A stretch of DNA of 64,000 nt, taken from Acidimicrobiia bacterium (GTDB taxonomy: Bacteria > Actinomycetota > Acidimicrobiia > Spongiisociales > ZC4RG35). The position numbers and the translations under genes were made by a program. The notes below the pieces were generated by a model, which saw nothing but the letters and a program-made list of their open reading frames with translations, did not search any database and was not told the DNA's origin. Positions 41,924 through 52,251 of this stretch are shown piece by piece (positions within the stretch are counted from its first letter, which is position 1; every line of letters begins with the position of its first letter). The stretch spans positions 1,920,001 to 1,984,000 of the forward strand of contig OZ244034.1 in the NCBI GenBank assembly GCA_965215185.1. Direction: 5' to 3'.

Positions 41924-43013
41924 TTGAGACGGCTTAGAGTCGTACCGCTTATTCTGGTTCTGGGAATGATGGCAATCCCAGTAACCGCGCGGGCGGAGAC
42001 ATGCCCGAGTGGCAGTGAAGCGGTTGGATCAGGCGACGACCTCCGATGCCACATCAACGGAGGATTGTTCACACCCCAGGCGGCCCGCCTCGCCCACTCG
42101 CGACGATTAGGGAGCCTCGGCGACGATTAGGGAGGGCCAGGGGACTACTTTCACTGCGCCGAACCCCATGAATCGTCAGAGCCTCCTTTGCGGAGAGAGC
42201 AGGGTAATTCGCACGATTACCACCGTCATTATTGATGGCATTGGATACACGACTACCACATCTCGCACTCAGAAAGCCGGAATCCGATCTCTACCCACGA
42301 TGGATGGTGTTCAGGATCGCACCTCGGATGCGCCAGTCGACTGCCTAGGTACGACCTACAGTGTATGTAAAGGCCCTTACACCATAGAACTACTGACGCG
42401 CGACTCTCGCGTCACGGCGACCGGGAGTCGGGTCACGGTAAACACGGACGCTACGGATAGCTTAGATGATTCGGGCAGGCTAGAGATCCTCTACATCTTG
42501 AAGGGGACGAGGACCGTCACCACCGCGGCGAAGGACGGCTTTCCTGCCTCGGAGAGGATCGATGAATGCGATCTGTACCAGAGGGCGGGTGTGCAGATAG
42601 GGCAACAGCGTAGGTCAGGCATGACCGAAGTGGTGGCACTGCATGCGCCCTCCGCGGCGTGGCTGGGGGACACCACTACCACCACTTGGACCTGCACTCA
42701 GGCGATCATAGATGAGGGTGTGCAGTGCGATCTGAATGCGGTGGTATCCACAACCAGAGCGAATGAATTCCCCACTCCCAGCGGATGCGTGGTCATCGTG
42801 ACCGTGGCTAAGAACGGGAGGGGTCACGGGTCTACAGCGTGTCTCCCTCAGGCACAAGCGCAGTCCCACGGAACCATGATCGGGTTGAACATCAACGATC
42901 TCCCAACTTGCCCCAAGAGCACCAATACAGAAGTGATGAACGGTATAGATCCCACGCCCTCAACGGAGGATGGCGAGGAAGAACCACGGAAGAGGTGCGT
43001 GGCTCGCAACTGA
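41924..43013 (+). pseudogene. Secreted Cys/Thr-rich protein frameshifted by a 19-bp imperfect duplication
   Basis: Signal peptide ending ARA; deleting 42101-42119 joins both ORFs in frame. Confidence 0.7.
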
Positions 43014-43292
43014 GCCACGACGGACGGGACACATCGGAGCTTATAACCGAACTATCGGTAGGGACTCGGCTACCGAATGCTGGCGTTACGCCTGACCTTC
43101 CAGTAGGAGGCCCCTTCTCGTACACTCTCGTGTTCGTATTCTGGTAGTTTCCGCAGCGGGGATGCGGGTGTCATTGTGCCTGGAAACACGGAACCGCACT
43201 TCTCGGCGTTCGCGGCCGGCGTGGCCCCGGGCGGCACCCTTGCCAACCTGGTTGCAAGGATGGGGGTGGCTGTTCGTAAAATGGGGAGAATA

Positions 43293-44395
43293 ATGACGGA
43301 CTCGACCTTGCCGAAGGCGGCCCCCACTGTGGAGGATGCCCATCGGGCTTGTGGCGCCCTTCCGGGCAGCGTGTTCCTGTTCGGAAGCGTTGCCCGCGGC
43401 ACTGCTCGGAAGATGTCCGACATTGACCTTATGGTCATAACAGACCGTGTCGAGGGTGATTACGGATCCGGCAAAAGAAAAAACCTGGGAATAGATTTAG
43501 CACGGGAAGCACGGGAAGCGTGCGGGTTCCGCGTGCAAGTGTTCCTAGTGGACTGGGTCGAGTGGAAATCCCGGTCGGTTGTTTGGGGGACTTCGAACAC
43601 GAAGCGGCTAGTTATGGGTTGTGGGTACGACAGATAGAACCCGGACCCCAAGTACAATGGGACCTGTTGATGTCGCCCAAACAAGTACGCATCTCAGCAG
43701 TGGAAGTTGCACTGGACAACGTATACGAGTCCTTGTCGCGCGTGGCCAGTATGTTGCGCCCCGATTGGAACGAATTGACAGAGATAGAAGCCAGTCGGGA
43801 AGACGTGTATTGGAAGAAAGTAGCAGGTCGTCTGAGCAGGATCAACGTTGAGATTCACTGCTGTTTAGAGGAACTCTTAGTGTCCATGCTACATCTGTCC
43901 ATGGTCAGTGTCGAACGTAACAAGCACAATCTGCTTGTGTTGTTCGAGCAACTTCCAACTCATATCCAGAACGACATCCTCGGATATGTCACTGAAAGCC
44001 AATTGGAATGGGCGCAACAATGGCGAGGCACTTTCTTTTATCGAGGCCCCCAGCATCCTACCGACACGAGTCTCATGTCGGTGGTGACCGCCGACGTGAC
44101 CGCCTACACCGCTTCCCTAGCCAGCGCGTTCATCGGGCCCATGGTGTCATACACGGCGCTCGCTATCCAGGTCAGCCTCGCGGTAGCGGACACAGTGAGA
44201 AACATGCCCCGCGACCCTGAGGTTTCCACCGACCAGCTCGAAAACCTGGTGGGCGGCCTTTTAGAGGAAGCGGAACGGGTACGAGATGCGCTGGCGTACC
44301 CCACGTGGTTGTATCCCGACGGGTCGCCTCCCCATGGGTGGCGACCCCCTGACGATTGGCAACCAAGATTCACCCCAGCCAGCGACCTGGACTAA
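43293..44395 (+). pseudogene. MNT-HEPN-like fusion with a 1-bp frameshift near 43590
   Basis: FLFGSVARG..SDIDL; KHNLLVLFEQLP; WLYPDGSPPHGW. Confidence 0.85.
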
Positions 44396-44599
44396 AAGCC
44401 CCCCGCGTGACCGCACCGTCGGAGCACTTACCCCGCGGGTAGGGTCATTACTCCGTTGCCGTCCAGAGACCACCTGTTGATCTGAATCACCTGTTTGCTC
44501 TTCACGATGTACCTCAACCTCGAACCGTCGTTGTTTACCAGCCGCGGGTCGAATATGTGTGAGAGTGGCTTTGGTCCAGCCCAATCCGGCCAGGGGCCG

Positions 44600-44871
44600 T
44601 TAGTCAGAGGGTTTGTAAGCGGTGATTAGACATTCAGCGGTGAACGGGCCCCACGGCGGAGCTGTTCCATGCACCGCGTAGTGATAGACAGCCGCCCGAT
44701 AAACACTGCCCAGGGCGGTGGCCAGTACCAAATGAGTAATCGTCCACAGTCCGGCCACGCCTAGTGACAACAACCACCAGTCGGGCAAGTCCCAGCCTTT
44801 CAACAGCGCCCATAGCACATAGGCCGAGTAGCCGAAGGGAACCAAAAACAGCAGGACCGTTTTGAACCGCG
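44600..44871 (-). pseudogene. Membrane protein C-terminal fragment (DUF6159-like) cut by the MITE
   Basis: Two hydrophobic helices, then YRAAVYHYA..G..P; 5' end abuts the MITE. Confidence 0.5.
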
Positions 44872-45356
44872 GGTGGTGGGTCACTTTGCTGGGTAAAGCC
44901 GGAGGTCAGAGAGTCAAACTGACCCACCACCCACGATGGGGATAAGGCCATAGAGGTTCTGAAAAACGTGGGAGTGGCGGTTGTCTAATGAGTCCGAATC
45001 GGAAAGGCGCTGACAATGCTTGAAATCCCGGATCAGTTTATCCGGATAGCCCGGGCTGTGAACCGATATAGCGGAGACCGGGAACACCTACAAGAGATAT
45101 GGGACATGCTCGCATCGGTCGAATCCCGCCGAACAGTGGGAATAGTGTTGCTGCGAGGCGCCCAGGAGGTACGGGTGCTCTCCTAAGAGGGGGGCGGATC
45201 GGAACTTCAGTCCCGCCTTCCCGGGTTTCGTTGGATATCCCATCCCCTTGACGGGGACCAGCAGAATATTCTCAACGAGTCCGCCGCTTGTTCTGATCAA
45301 ACACGGACACCTAGTGGGGCTGGCGCGTTATTTCCCCGCTTGGTAGGGGCAGGTGC

Positions 45357-45542
45357 TCACGGGATAAGGTTAGCTGGACCGTGTTGTTCCCATCTCCGAC
45401 CGTCGGTCAACCGCGGGGGCCATAGCTCTGTTCCGTCCATGTCACAAGTCCAAAAACAATCGTCGTCGTCCCAAACCCAATGGTCCGAACTGCCACAATA
45501 TTCGCAGATGTTTCTAGGGTACTTATAGGTAGGAACAGTCAC
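45357..45542 (-). CDS. Small hypothetical Zn-ribbon-like protein
   Basis: CEYCGS...CFWTCD; AAAGG RBS-like sequence. Confidence 0.35.
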   Translation of the reverse strand: MTVPTYKYPRNICEYCGSSDHWVWDDDDCFWTCDMDGTELWPPRLTDGRRWEQHGPANLIP

Positions 45543-45610
45543 CCTGAGCCGCCTTTCGTCGTGTCGGGTTCACCCAGAGCTGTACGATGTCGACGAGAAA
45601 TTAATCTCGG

Positions 45611-45943
45611 TTGACATGTCTGCGGGAACGCAGTAGTTTTCAGCGACTGGGTAGAAACCACCAGCAGCGAAAGAGAGAGCAACAGTTGCGCCAGCCGGTA
45701 GACCACAAGAAAGCGATCACTATCAACCCGGACATTCGTTTCGGGAAGCCGTGCATCCACGGTACCCGCATCACCGTGTTCGATGTTGTCGAGCATCTCG
45801 CTGGCGGCATGACCGAAGAAGAAATCTTAGACGAATTCCCCCACCTGACCCTAGACAACATCCTGGCCTGCTACAACTATCTAGCAGACGAAAACATGGT
45901 GCCGAGAAGGCCTCCCGGCCACAAATCGCCCTTCGATTCATAA
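45611..45943 (+). CDS. DUF433 protein (start uncertain)
   Basis: ITINPDIRFGKPCIHGTRITV..LAGGMT..IL..FP.LT. Confidence 0.85.
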   Translation: MTCLRERSSFQRLGRNHQQRKREQQLRQPVDHKKAITINPDIRFGKPCIHGTRITVFDVVEHLAGGMTEEEILDEFPHLTLDNILACYNYLADENMVPRRPPGHKSPFDS

Positions 45944-47014
45944 GCCCCGGGTTTGCGACTCCCAAGGCCTTTCCCAAGCGGAAAGCGGAAAACCATGGGC
46001 GTAAACCCACCGGCTATCAACAGCGGCTTTGTTCAACTGTTCAACCGCCGCCTCGGTTCCCAAAGTCGTTTCCGACAAGGTTTCCGCTATTTCCGGATAG
46101 TTCTCAGCGAAGAACCGGACAACCTGACCGGCTAGACAGGTGACCAGGTCCACATACCGAACAGTGCCCTGGTCGTAGGGAACACCCGAACCTGTGGCGT
46201 ATCGCCGCGGGTGAGCCAGGATCGCGCCAGCCGCGACAGCCGGATACTCATCGTCGTCGGGTGGGTGTTCCGGATTCCAATAACCGGCTTTGCGCCACTC
46301 TCCCACCCAGCCCACATCCCCGTCGGAGCAACCATCGAAAATGTGTTCTCTGATTCGCTTTGGGTAATCCCCGACCACCTGCAACAACCGTGTGCGGTTT
46401 TTGAACGGCGTGCCGGTGAGGTGACACAACAACAAGAACGCTCGTTCCATCAGATAGTGCGCCTGGGCGTTGGCCCATCCCAACCGATACTTCCAATGCC
46501 CCCAAAACCGCCCCGCGTCGCCAGCGTCTAAGGCCTCGGTTTCCAACGACCCGAGCGCGGTCATGTAGTAAACCAACATCCCCGCGGTTTTTCTCATTAG
46601 GGCCAACGCGAAATCCACCGATTCGACAAGCACCTGCCGGGCCGGTTTGATTCCGGTCCAATCCACTTCGTCGCCGGGACGCACCCACTTCAACATTCGT
46701 CCCTCTCTCAAAGTGTTCGCTTCGATAGTCGTGGGCACCTTAATGTACGAAACCCATTTGGGCCAGTCGATCTTGATCACTCCCGCTTTCCAACCCGACA
46801 TTTCCGATGCCATCCCGGTCAGTTCCATGTCAAAAAACCGGTCCGGGTTGTCGTCTCTGTCCACGATGCACAGCAGATCAATGTCCGATCCGGCATGAGC
46901 GTCGCCTCGGGCGACGGAACCACCCACGAACACCGTACCAGGCAAAACTTCGGCTATCCGAAAAGCGTCCACCATGGTCGGCGTGCGGACAGTGTCAAGG
47001 TTCCCACGGGACAT
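45938..47014 (-). CDS. Intact MNT-HEPN-like fusion protein
   Basis: GSVARGD..SDIDL nucleotidyltransferase motif, helical HEPN-like half, WVYAHGFPLSAW tail. Confidence 0.85.
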   Translation of the reverse strand: MSRGNLDTVRTPTMVDAFRIAEVLPGTVFVGGSVARGDAHAGSDIDLLCIVDRDDNPDRFFDMELTGMASEMSGWKAGVIKIDWPKWVSYIKVPTTIEANTLREGRMLKWVRPGDEVDWTGIKPARQVLVESVDFALALMRKTAGMLVYYMTALGSLETEALDAGDAGRFWGHWKYRLGWANAQAHYLMERAFLLLCHLTGTPFKNRTRLLQVVGDYPKRIREHIFDGCSDGDVGWVGEWRKAGYWNPEHPPDDDEYPAVAAGAILAHPRRYATGSGVPYDQGTVRYVDLVTCLAGQVVRFFAENYPEIAETLSETTLGTEAAVEQLNKAAVDSRWVYAHGFPLSAWERPWESQTRGL

Positions 47015-47046
47015 GCAACACCCGATGATAAAACCGGCATGAGGCC

Positions 47047-47138
47047 TTGGTAGGGTGTTGGCCATCACCTCTGACCTGCGCCTTAACAGGGGGTCTCGGG
47101 AGGACACCACAATTTAAGGAGGGGGGGACACCACAATT
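47047..47138 (+). repeat. Dispersed ~90-bp repeat, copy 1
   Basis: TTGGTAGGGTGTTGGCCATCACC, CTGACCTG, two GGACACCACAATT. Confidence 0.75.
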
Positions 47139-47202
47139 GGAAACCCCTCTGGAACGCAGCCCTAGAGTGGCCGCCGGAGCGAAACTGGAAGCACTTGTGG
47201 GG

Positions 47203-47960
47203 CTAAGGGCCTTGTTTTTCAGACATCCGCGGCACCCGACCTGGAACGTTGAATACCAGGACTGTGAGCGTAATCGTCTTACCGGGGTCATCCCTGTGGG
47301 TGAAGGCGCACCGGAATCCAGTTTCCTGGTCACAGTCATAGTTGGACTTCCAATTGGGATGCCCTTGGACTGCTACCGGGACGTTCTTGAGCACGGTAGA
47401 CATAACTGTATCTCGATTGAAGATCAGCAAGGCTGCTTTGGTGTCCCTCCAACTGGTATAACCCAGCAGTTGGTCGATAGCGTTCTTCAGGTCCGCTGAA
47501 CCTCTCCAAAACTTGCATTCAGCGATGAAGATGTTCCTGCCTTGCACTCTCACCAAAATGTCGGTTCGTCCCTCATAATTGAAGGTCTCACCTGTTGCCT
47601 GTCCTCATACTGGCCATTGAGTTGAACGAGGAAATGCTGCCGCAGATCTTCCTCCCCCATATCTTTGGAACGCCTTCGGACTACGTTCCATCACATCACC
47701 ATATTCGAAATCACCGACAGGACGAGCTCGTACTCGTCCATTACCAGAGTGGGATCCGGTTCAGACGGGTCTGATGAAACGGGGGGAGTTTTGGCAGGAT
47801 GCGGCGTTTCACTTCAGGAGTGGCAAAGGTCGATGGCACACCCGACCGGCGTCTTAAGGGAAAGCCCAGATTCGCGACGATCTCCCTGTCGTGAAGCAAT
47901 TTGCCCCTACGCTGACCAATCTGATCGTTCACGTCTTGATGGATGGTGGAGTTGAACCGC
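47203..47960 (-). pseudogene. PD-(D/E)xK nuclease-like protein, frameshifted
   Basis: GEEDLRQHFLVQLNG / TGETFN..GRTDIL..FIAECKFW..AIDQLLGY split across frames. Confidence 0.75.
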
Positions 47961-48006
47961 TCTACGTCCCTGGAAACAGATTATTCTCCTATCGGCTGCG
48001 AGTGAT

Positions 48007-49122
48007 CTACAGCAGTCTGTCAGGTTTCAGGTGGTAGGTGGTGCTGCGACCCCCCGCCAGGCCATGAGCCAGCACTCCGCGGTCTACCAACCCGGCGATG
48101 TCCCGCAAGGCCGTGTCGTGGGAGCACTTGGTGATCTTCGCCCATTTGGACGTGGTCAGGTTCCCCTTAAAGTCTGCAAAGAGAAGGTTCAGCATCTTTC
48201 TCTGCCGGTCGTTGATCGGCACCGACTGGACATTCCTCCAGAACCTTGCCTTGGCAAGTACCGACTCTAAAGTGTCTTCCGCCCCGACAACAGCACGACG
48301 CGTGCAGCCCATGAACCACTCCAACCACATTGTGATGTCCAAAGTTCCTCTCTGGGTGCCTTCCAAAACACGGTAATAATCTTTGCGCTCTGCTCGTATT
48401 TGCGAAGACATGCTGTAATAACGCTGCGGTGTCCTTTCCGAACGGGCTAGGGCCATGTCAGAAATAGCCCTAGCCAGACGTCCGTTGCCGTCGTCGAAAG
48501 GGTGAACGGTAACGAACCACAGATGTGCCACGCCCGCCTTGGTGACCCAATCCTCGTCCGAATTGTTGAACCAGTCAAGAAACAATCCCATTTCATGATC
48601 AACCTGTTCCGCCGGTGGTGCTTCAAAGTGGATCCGTTCTTTTCCGATTGGTCCTGACACCACCTGCATGGGTCCGTGACTGTCGTCCCGCCAGTTGCCC
48701 ACGATGATCCTGTTCATGCCGCTTCTTCCACCCGGGAACAAAGCCGCCTGCCAATCCCACAGTCGCTCCCGGGTCAACGGGTGGAGATAGTTGCCAGTGG
48801 CATCCATTATCACATCTACGATGCCTTCCACTCGATGCTCAACGTACACATACCCGCCGGTTTCAAGGCCGAGCCTGCGGGCCACCGACGATCGGATCTG
48901 TCTAAGGTCAAGCCGTTCCCCCTCGATGTCGCTGGTCTTGTGGACATCCTGAGAGAGCGTTTCAGCGACCGCTTCCAATTGCAGGTCGAAACCCAAAGCG
49001 TTCATCTGACCTAACAGGCGGCCCTGTTCGTAATAGACAGCGTTCGTGTAGGTAGACAAACGAGAGGTGTCCCAAGACAGCCCCGGCCAGTCGGGATCAT
49101 TCCAAATAAACGATCTACGCAT
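48007..49122 (-). CDS. Fic family protein (DUF4172-Fic-wHTH)
   Basis: HPFDDGNGRLAR, WNDPDWP, DTALRDI..GGRST. Confidence 0.93.
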   Translation of the reverse strand: MRRSFIWNDPDWPGLSWDTSRLSTYTNAVYYEQGRLLGQMNALGFDLQLEAVAETLSQDVHKTSDIEGERLDLRQIRSSVARRLGLETGGYVYVEHRVEGIVDVIMDATGNYLHPLTRERLWDWQAALFPGGRSGMNRIIVGNWRDDSHGPMQVVSGPIGKERIHFEAPPAEQVDHEMGLFLDWFNNSDEDWVTKAGVAHLWFVTVHPFDDGNGRLARAISDMALARSERTPQRYYSMSSQIRAERKDYYRVLEGTQRGTLDITMWLEWFMGCTRRAVVGAEDTLESVLAKARFWRNVQSVPINDRQRKMLNLLFADFKGNLTTSKWAKITKCSHDTALRDIAGLVDRGVLAHGLAGGRSTTYHLKPDRLL

Positions 49123-49564
49123 AATGTGCGTAGATCATAGGTGTTTTTCTTCGCATCACGCGAAAACATCTTTGACGATCAAACACAAACTCTGGTGTCA
49201 GGCGACCCTAACGGGGCTGGCGCGCAATACCTGAACTCCAGGTCAACGAGTCGGCCCGGGATGGGTTTGACACGGATTCCCGATCCCTGTCACACCTCCG
49301 TCATATGATCGAAGGCATGGACACTGATGCAGTGAACCAAGTGCTGCGTACAACGGTGCGCTCCCTCCTGCGTCTCAACAACACCACGAAGATGTCACTG
49401 TGGTCCCCGAGGCAGCAGCAGGAGTTCTACAACCTGGGAGTGGAACAGCCTGCTTCAACGCGCTCGGGAAACCGGACCCTTATATCGCGCAACTCGAGGC
49501 TTCGCGATATGTTGAGATTTGGGTAGGGAGGGGGTCCTTGGTTGGTGGGGTGTTGGCCACCACA

Positions 49565-49860
49565 CCAGCGATACCACATCTTGTTCGGTCTTGACCTCGG
49601 AGCTTCCCTGTGCGATGACTTCGGCTGCTAGTACTGCGGCTATCTCACCGGCAGGGTGGCCACCGAGTCCGTCGAGCACGGCCACCACACTCGGACACCC
49701 GAGGGCGAACATGATCGTGGTGCGCCGGTTGGTCGTCAACCACCGTGTCGTTGACGACCAACCGGTCTTGGTTGATGTCCCTGCCAGATCCCCCGACGTG
49801 TCAGAACAGCCACTCTCAGCCCTTGATGTTCCAGTACCACAGCTATGTTCCTCTCGCATA
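49565..49860 (-). pseudogene. PP2C-type phosphatase fragment
   Basis: AVLDGLGGHPAGEIA only. Confidence 0.6.
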
Positions 49861-50000
49861 ATCGCAACAGCGTCTCTTCATGGGGAAACAACAGGCCTTC
49901 CTACTCACGCACCCTATCCCCGCAGGAATGGTACGACCGGGGTGTGACAGCAGCACTTGGCCGTGCAATGTCACACCCTACCTATACCCTTTCTGGGACT

Positions 50001-50639
50001 ATGAGCAGAGCCGTGTGGTCTGATTGGATATTCGAGGTCGTTGTAGACCGAAGAGACAAGGTCCACCATGGGCCTCGGACCATGATTGTCCTGCAGGGTT
50101 CGTCTGGTGCTGGTAAGACCACCGTGGCGAGATGCCTTGCCCGCCGGCACGGTGTCGCCAGTGTTGATACCAACCCTATTAAGCGGGCAATGGGCATCAC
50201 CCACGATCAGTTGCTTGAACATACCGAGATGGAGGCCGACAAGGAGTGGTTTGTTGAGATCGAGGGCCACTACAAGTACGGATGGAGGGGCGCTGCTGCT
50301 TCGGCGTCTTTGTCAGCTGTGCTGTTGGCTGCCGAAGCCATGGACCAGGGGTCTCATGCTGTGATAGCCGGGTTGCAGAATGCGTGGCTTCGGTCTTTTC
50401 GCGACTGGGAAGAGGTCGTCGCTCGGCTGGTGGCGCCGCACAGGATGTTCCGTGTGCGGCTTGTGGTTGACCCGTCCGTGCGGATTGAGCGGCTGCACAA
50501 ACGCAGTCCCGGCCAGTGGTCCTGGGCTCGCGAGAACACCTCTAGCGGTGAGGAGTCTCTGACTGTAGACACCACCAACGTCACGTCTGCCGAGGTCGCC
50601 GATTTGATCATCAAACACAGCCGAATATCAGCAACCTGA
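50001..50639 (+). CDS. P-loop kinase/AAA-like protein
   Basis: IVLQGSSGAGKTT, R.ERL..R lid, VDTT. Confidence 0.75.
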   Translation: MSRAVWSDWIFEVVVDRRDKVHHGPRTMIVLQGSSGAGKTTVARCLARRHGVASVDTNPIKRAMGITHDQLLEHTEMEADKEWFVEIEGHYKYGWRGAAASASLSAVLLAAEAMDQGSHAVIAGLQNAWLRSFRDWEEVVARLVAPHRMFRVRLVVDPSVRIERLHKRSPGQWSWARENTSSGEESLTVDTTNVTSAEVADLIIKHSRISAT

Positions 50640-50744
50640 GTCTGCACCCAAACACCAACGCCGAGACGGCCTTTTTTATAAGGCCTGGGACGAATCCAAG
50701 GTTGTTCTCCCGACAAGGTTTGCCCTGCCCCGTGCGTCCGAGAT

Positions 50745-51130
50745 CTGCGAATTGGCTGGCTGTCAGTGGGTGACATCCATGGCCGTTTCGGGGTGCTGGC
50801 CGAGGCCCTCGATGTGGCTCGCGGTCGGTGGGGGCAGTTCGATTTCGTGTTAGCCGTAGGAGATGTGGAACCCAACCGGGGCTACGAGGATCACCTCGGG
50901 GTGGTGGGGCCGCCCCGCTACCGCAAGGTGGGCGACTTCTCCCGGGTAGCTTCGGGTGACATCACCCTCGGCGCGCCCCTGTACTTCATTGCGGGGAACC
51001 ATGACCCGTATCCGGCGTTGGACCAGGCCGGAGCAGGTGAATGGGCACCGGGAGTGTGGTGGCTCGGTCGTTGGGGCATCACCAAATTCCAGGACATAAA
51101 TGTCGGGTTCTTGTCGGATATCTACTCACA
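50745..51130 (+). pseudogene. Truncated metallophosphoesterase (Dbr1-like)
   Basis: GDIHG, GDVE, GNHD; C-terminal His motifs missing. Confidence 0.7.
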
Positions 51131-51388
51131 CCCGACTTGTAACCCACCTCTGTGGGAAGGACACTTAGCGGACTCAACGCTGTCCTCGCCGCCCTCGAAA
51201 ACTTCCCCAACCTCGAAGAAGTCATATCCGACATGGGATACACCCAACATGGCAAAGATTTCGTGCGGCCTCTCCACCAAATGGGCATCAACGTGGTCAT
51301 GGACTACCCCGAAAAACACCAACAGAAAATCGAGGTAGTCACAATAGAACACGGGAACAAGAAACGGACACTGCTGTTCCACTGCGGC

Positions 51389-51479
51389 TTGGTGGGCTGT
51401 TTGCCACCACCCCTGACCTGGAGCTTTAGCCGGGCTTTCAGGAGGACACCACAATTGCGAGAGGGGGGACGCCACAATT
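51389..51479 (+). repeat. Dispersed ~90-bp repeat, copy 2
   Basis: TTGGTGGGCTGTTTGCCACCACC, CTGACCTG, GGACACCACAATT, GGACGCCACAATT. Confidence 0.75.
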
Positions 51480-51695
51480 CGGAATCGCCCTATAGGCTAT
51501 GGAACCTCCCAGTCGAGGAAACCCGATTCTGCCAAAGCGGGGTAGCACCTCAGCCTCCAGGAAAGCCCTGGGCGATTCAGAACTCAATTCTCCCAACGTG
51601 CGCAATCCTCCTGGCCAAGCCCCGTCTTGACTCTCTGTTCACCCTCCGGGGTCAGCAGTTCATGTGAACGCATCCACACCGGTGACCTTGAGCAC

Positions 51696-51990
51696 ACTGA
51701 GAACATATGGAGCGGTGATCGGGGTGCGGATGATCTCTGCGATACCCAGGTCCGAAAGCGCCTCCGCGATAGCGGGGGCAGGACCGATGATTCCAGCCTC
51801 GCCCCTCGCCGGTTCCTTTGGTGCCTCACTGCATAGTCGGCGCCGGCGATTGGAAGTGCCGGACGACCATGTTCGGTGTCTCGGTGGTAGGGGGCAGGTG
51901 GTAGTCGATAAACGATGTCGACAGTGGGGTGTCGGCGATCAGCCCCATGGTTGCGCCCCTCCAGGCTGTTGTTAATATGACACAATCCCG
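51696..51990 (-). pseudogene. Decayed copy of the 3' end of the Mo-hydroxylase gene at 58823
   Basis: Near-identical blocks to 58880-59120, with deletions. Confidence 0.85.
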
Positions 51991-52251
51991 TCACTCCACC
52001 CTCCACATCCCACAGAATTGCGAAAGACCCAAGCGTCCTCATGGTCTGCAATCAGCCGAGCCAATGCCAACAACCGCCGGTTCGACTGCCTGTGGAAGCC
52101 TCTGGAGCATGTTCTTCATCGCTATCAGTGTCAATGGCCGGGCTCTGGTGCACGTCCAAGCCGTGGATTAGCTGGGTTTTTTGCGGCGCCGCCTTCGGGG
52201 TAGCGGCTACCGTATCGGGCATGCAGTGTCGATTCCGTTTCTTGGGGTAGC

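Larger units (their letters stand above)
41842..44931. mobile_element. Composite transposon bounded by two directly repeated 60-bp MITEs
   Basis: MITEs at 41842-41901 and 44872-44931; CACGATGG duplicated at 41834-41841 and 44932-44939. Confidence 0.92.
41288..44988 (+). pseudogene. pncA: Nicotinamidase/isochorismatase gene split near its 3' end by a composite insertion
   Basis: DVQNDF, QDWHP, WPVHC, ALDYCV; frame resumes after 44939 as DKAIEVLKNVGVAVV-stop. Confidence 0.88.

Noticed and set aside
47101-47138. GGACACCACAATT repeats as a CRISPR array
   Set aside because: Only two 13-bp units with a short gap, and no cas genes.
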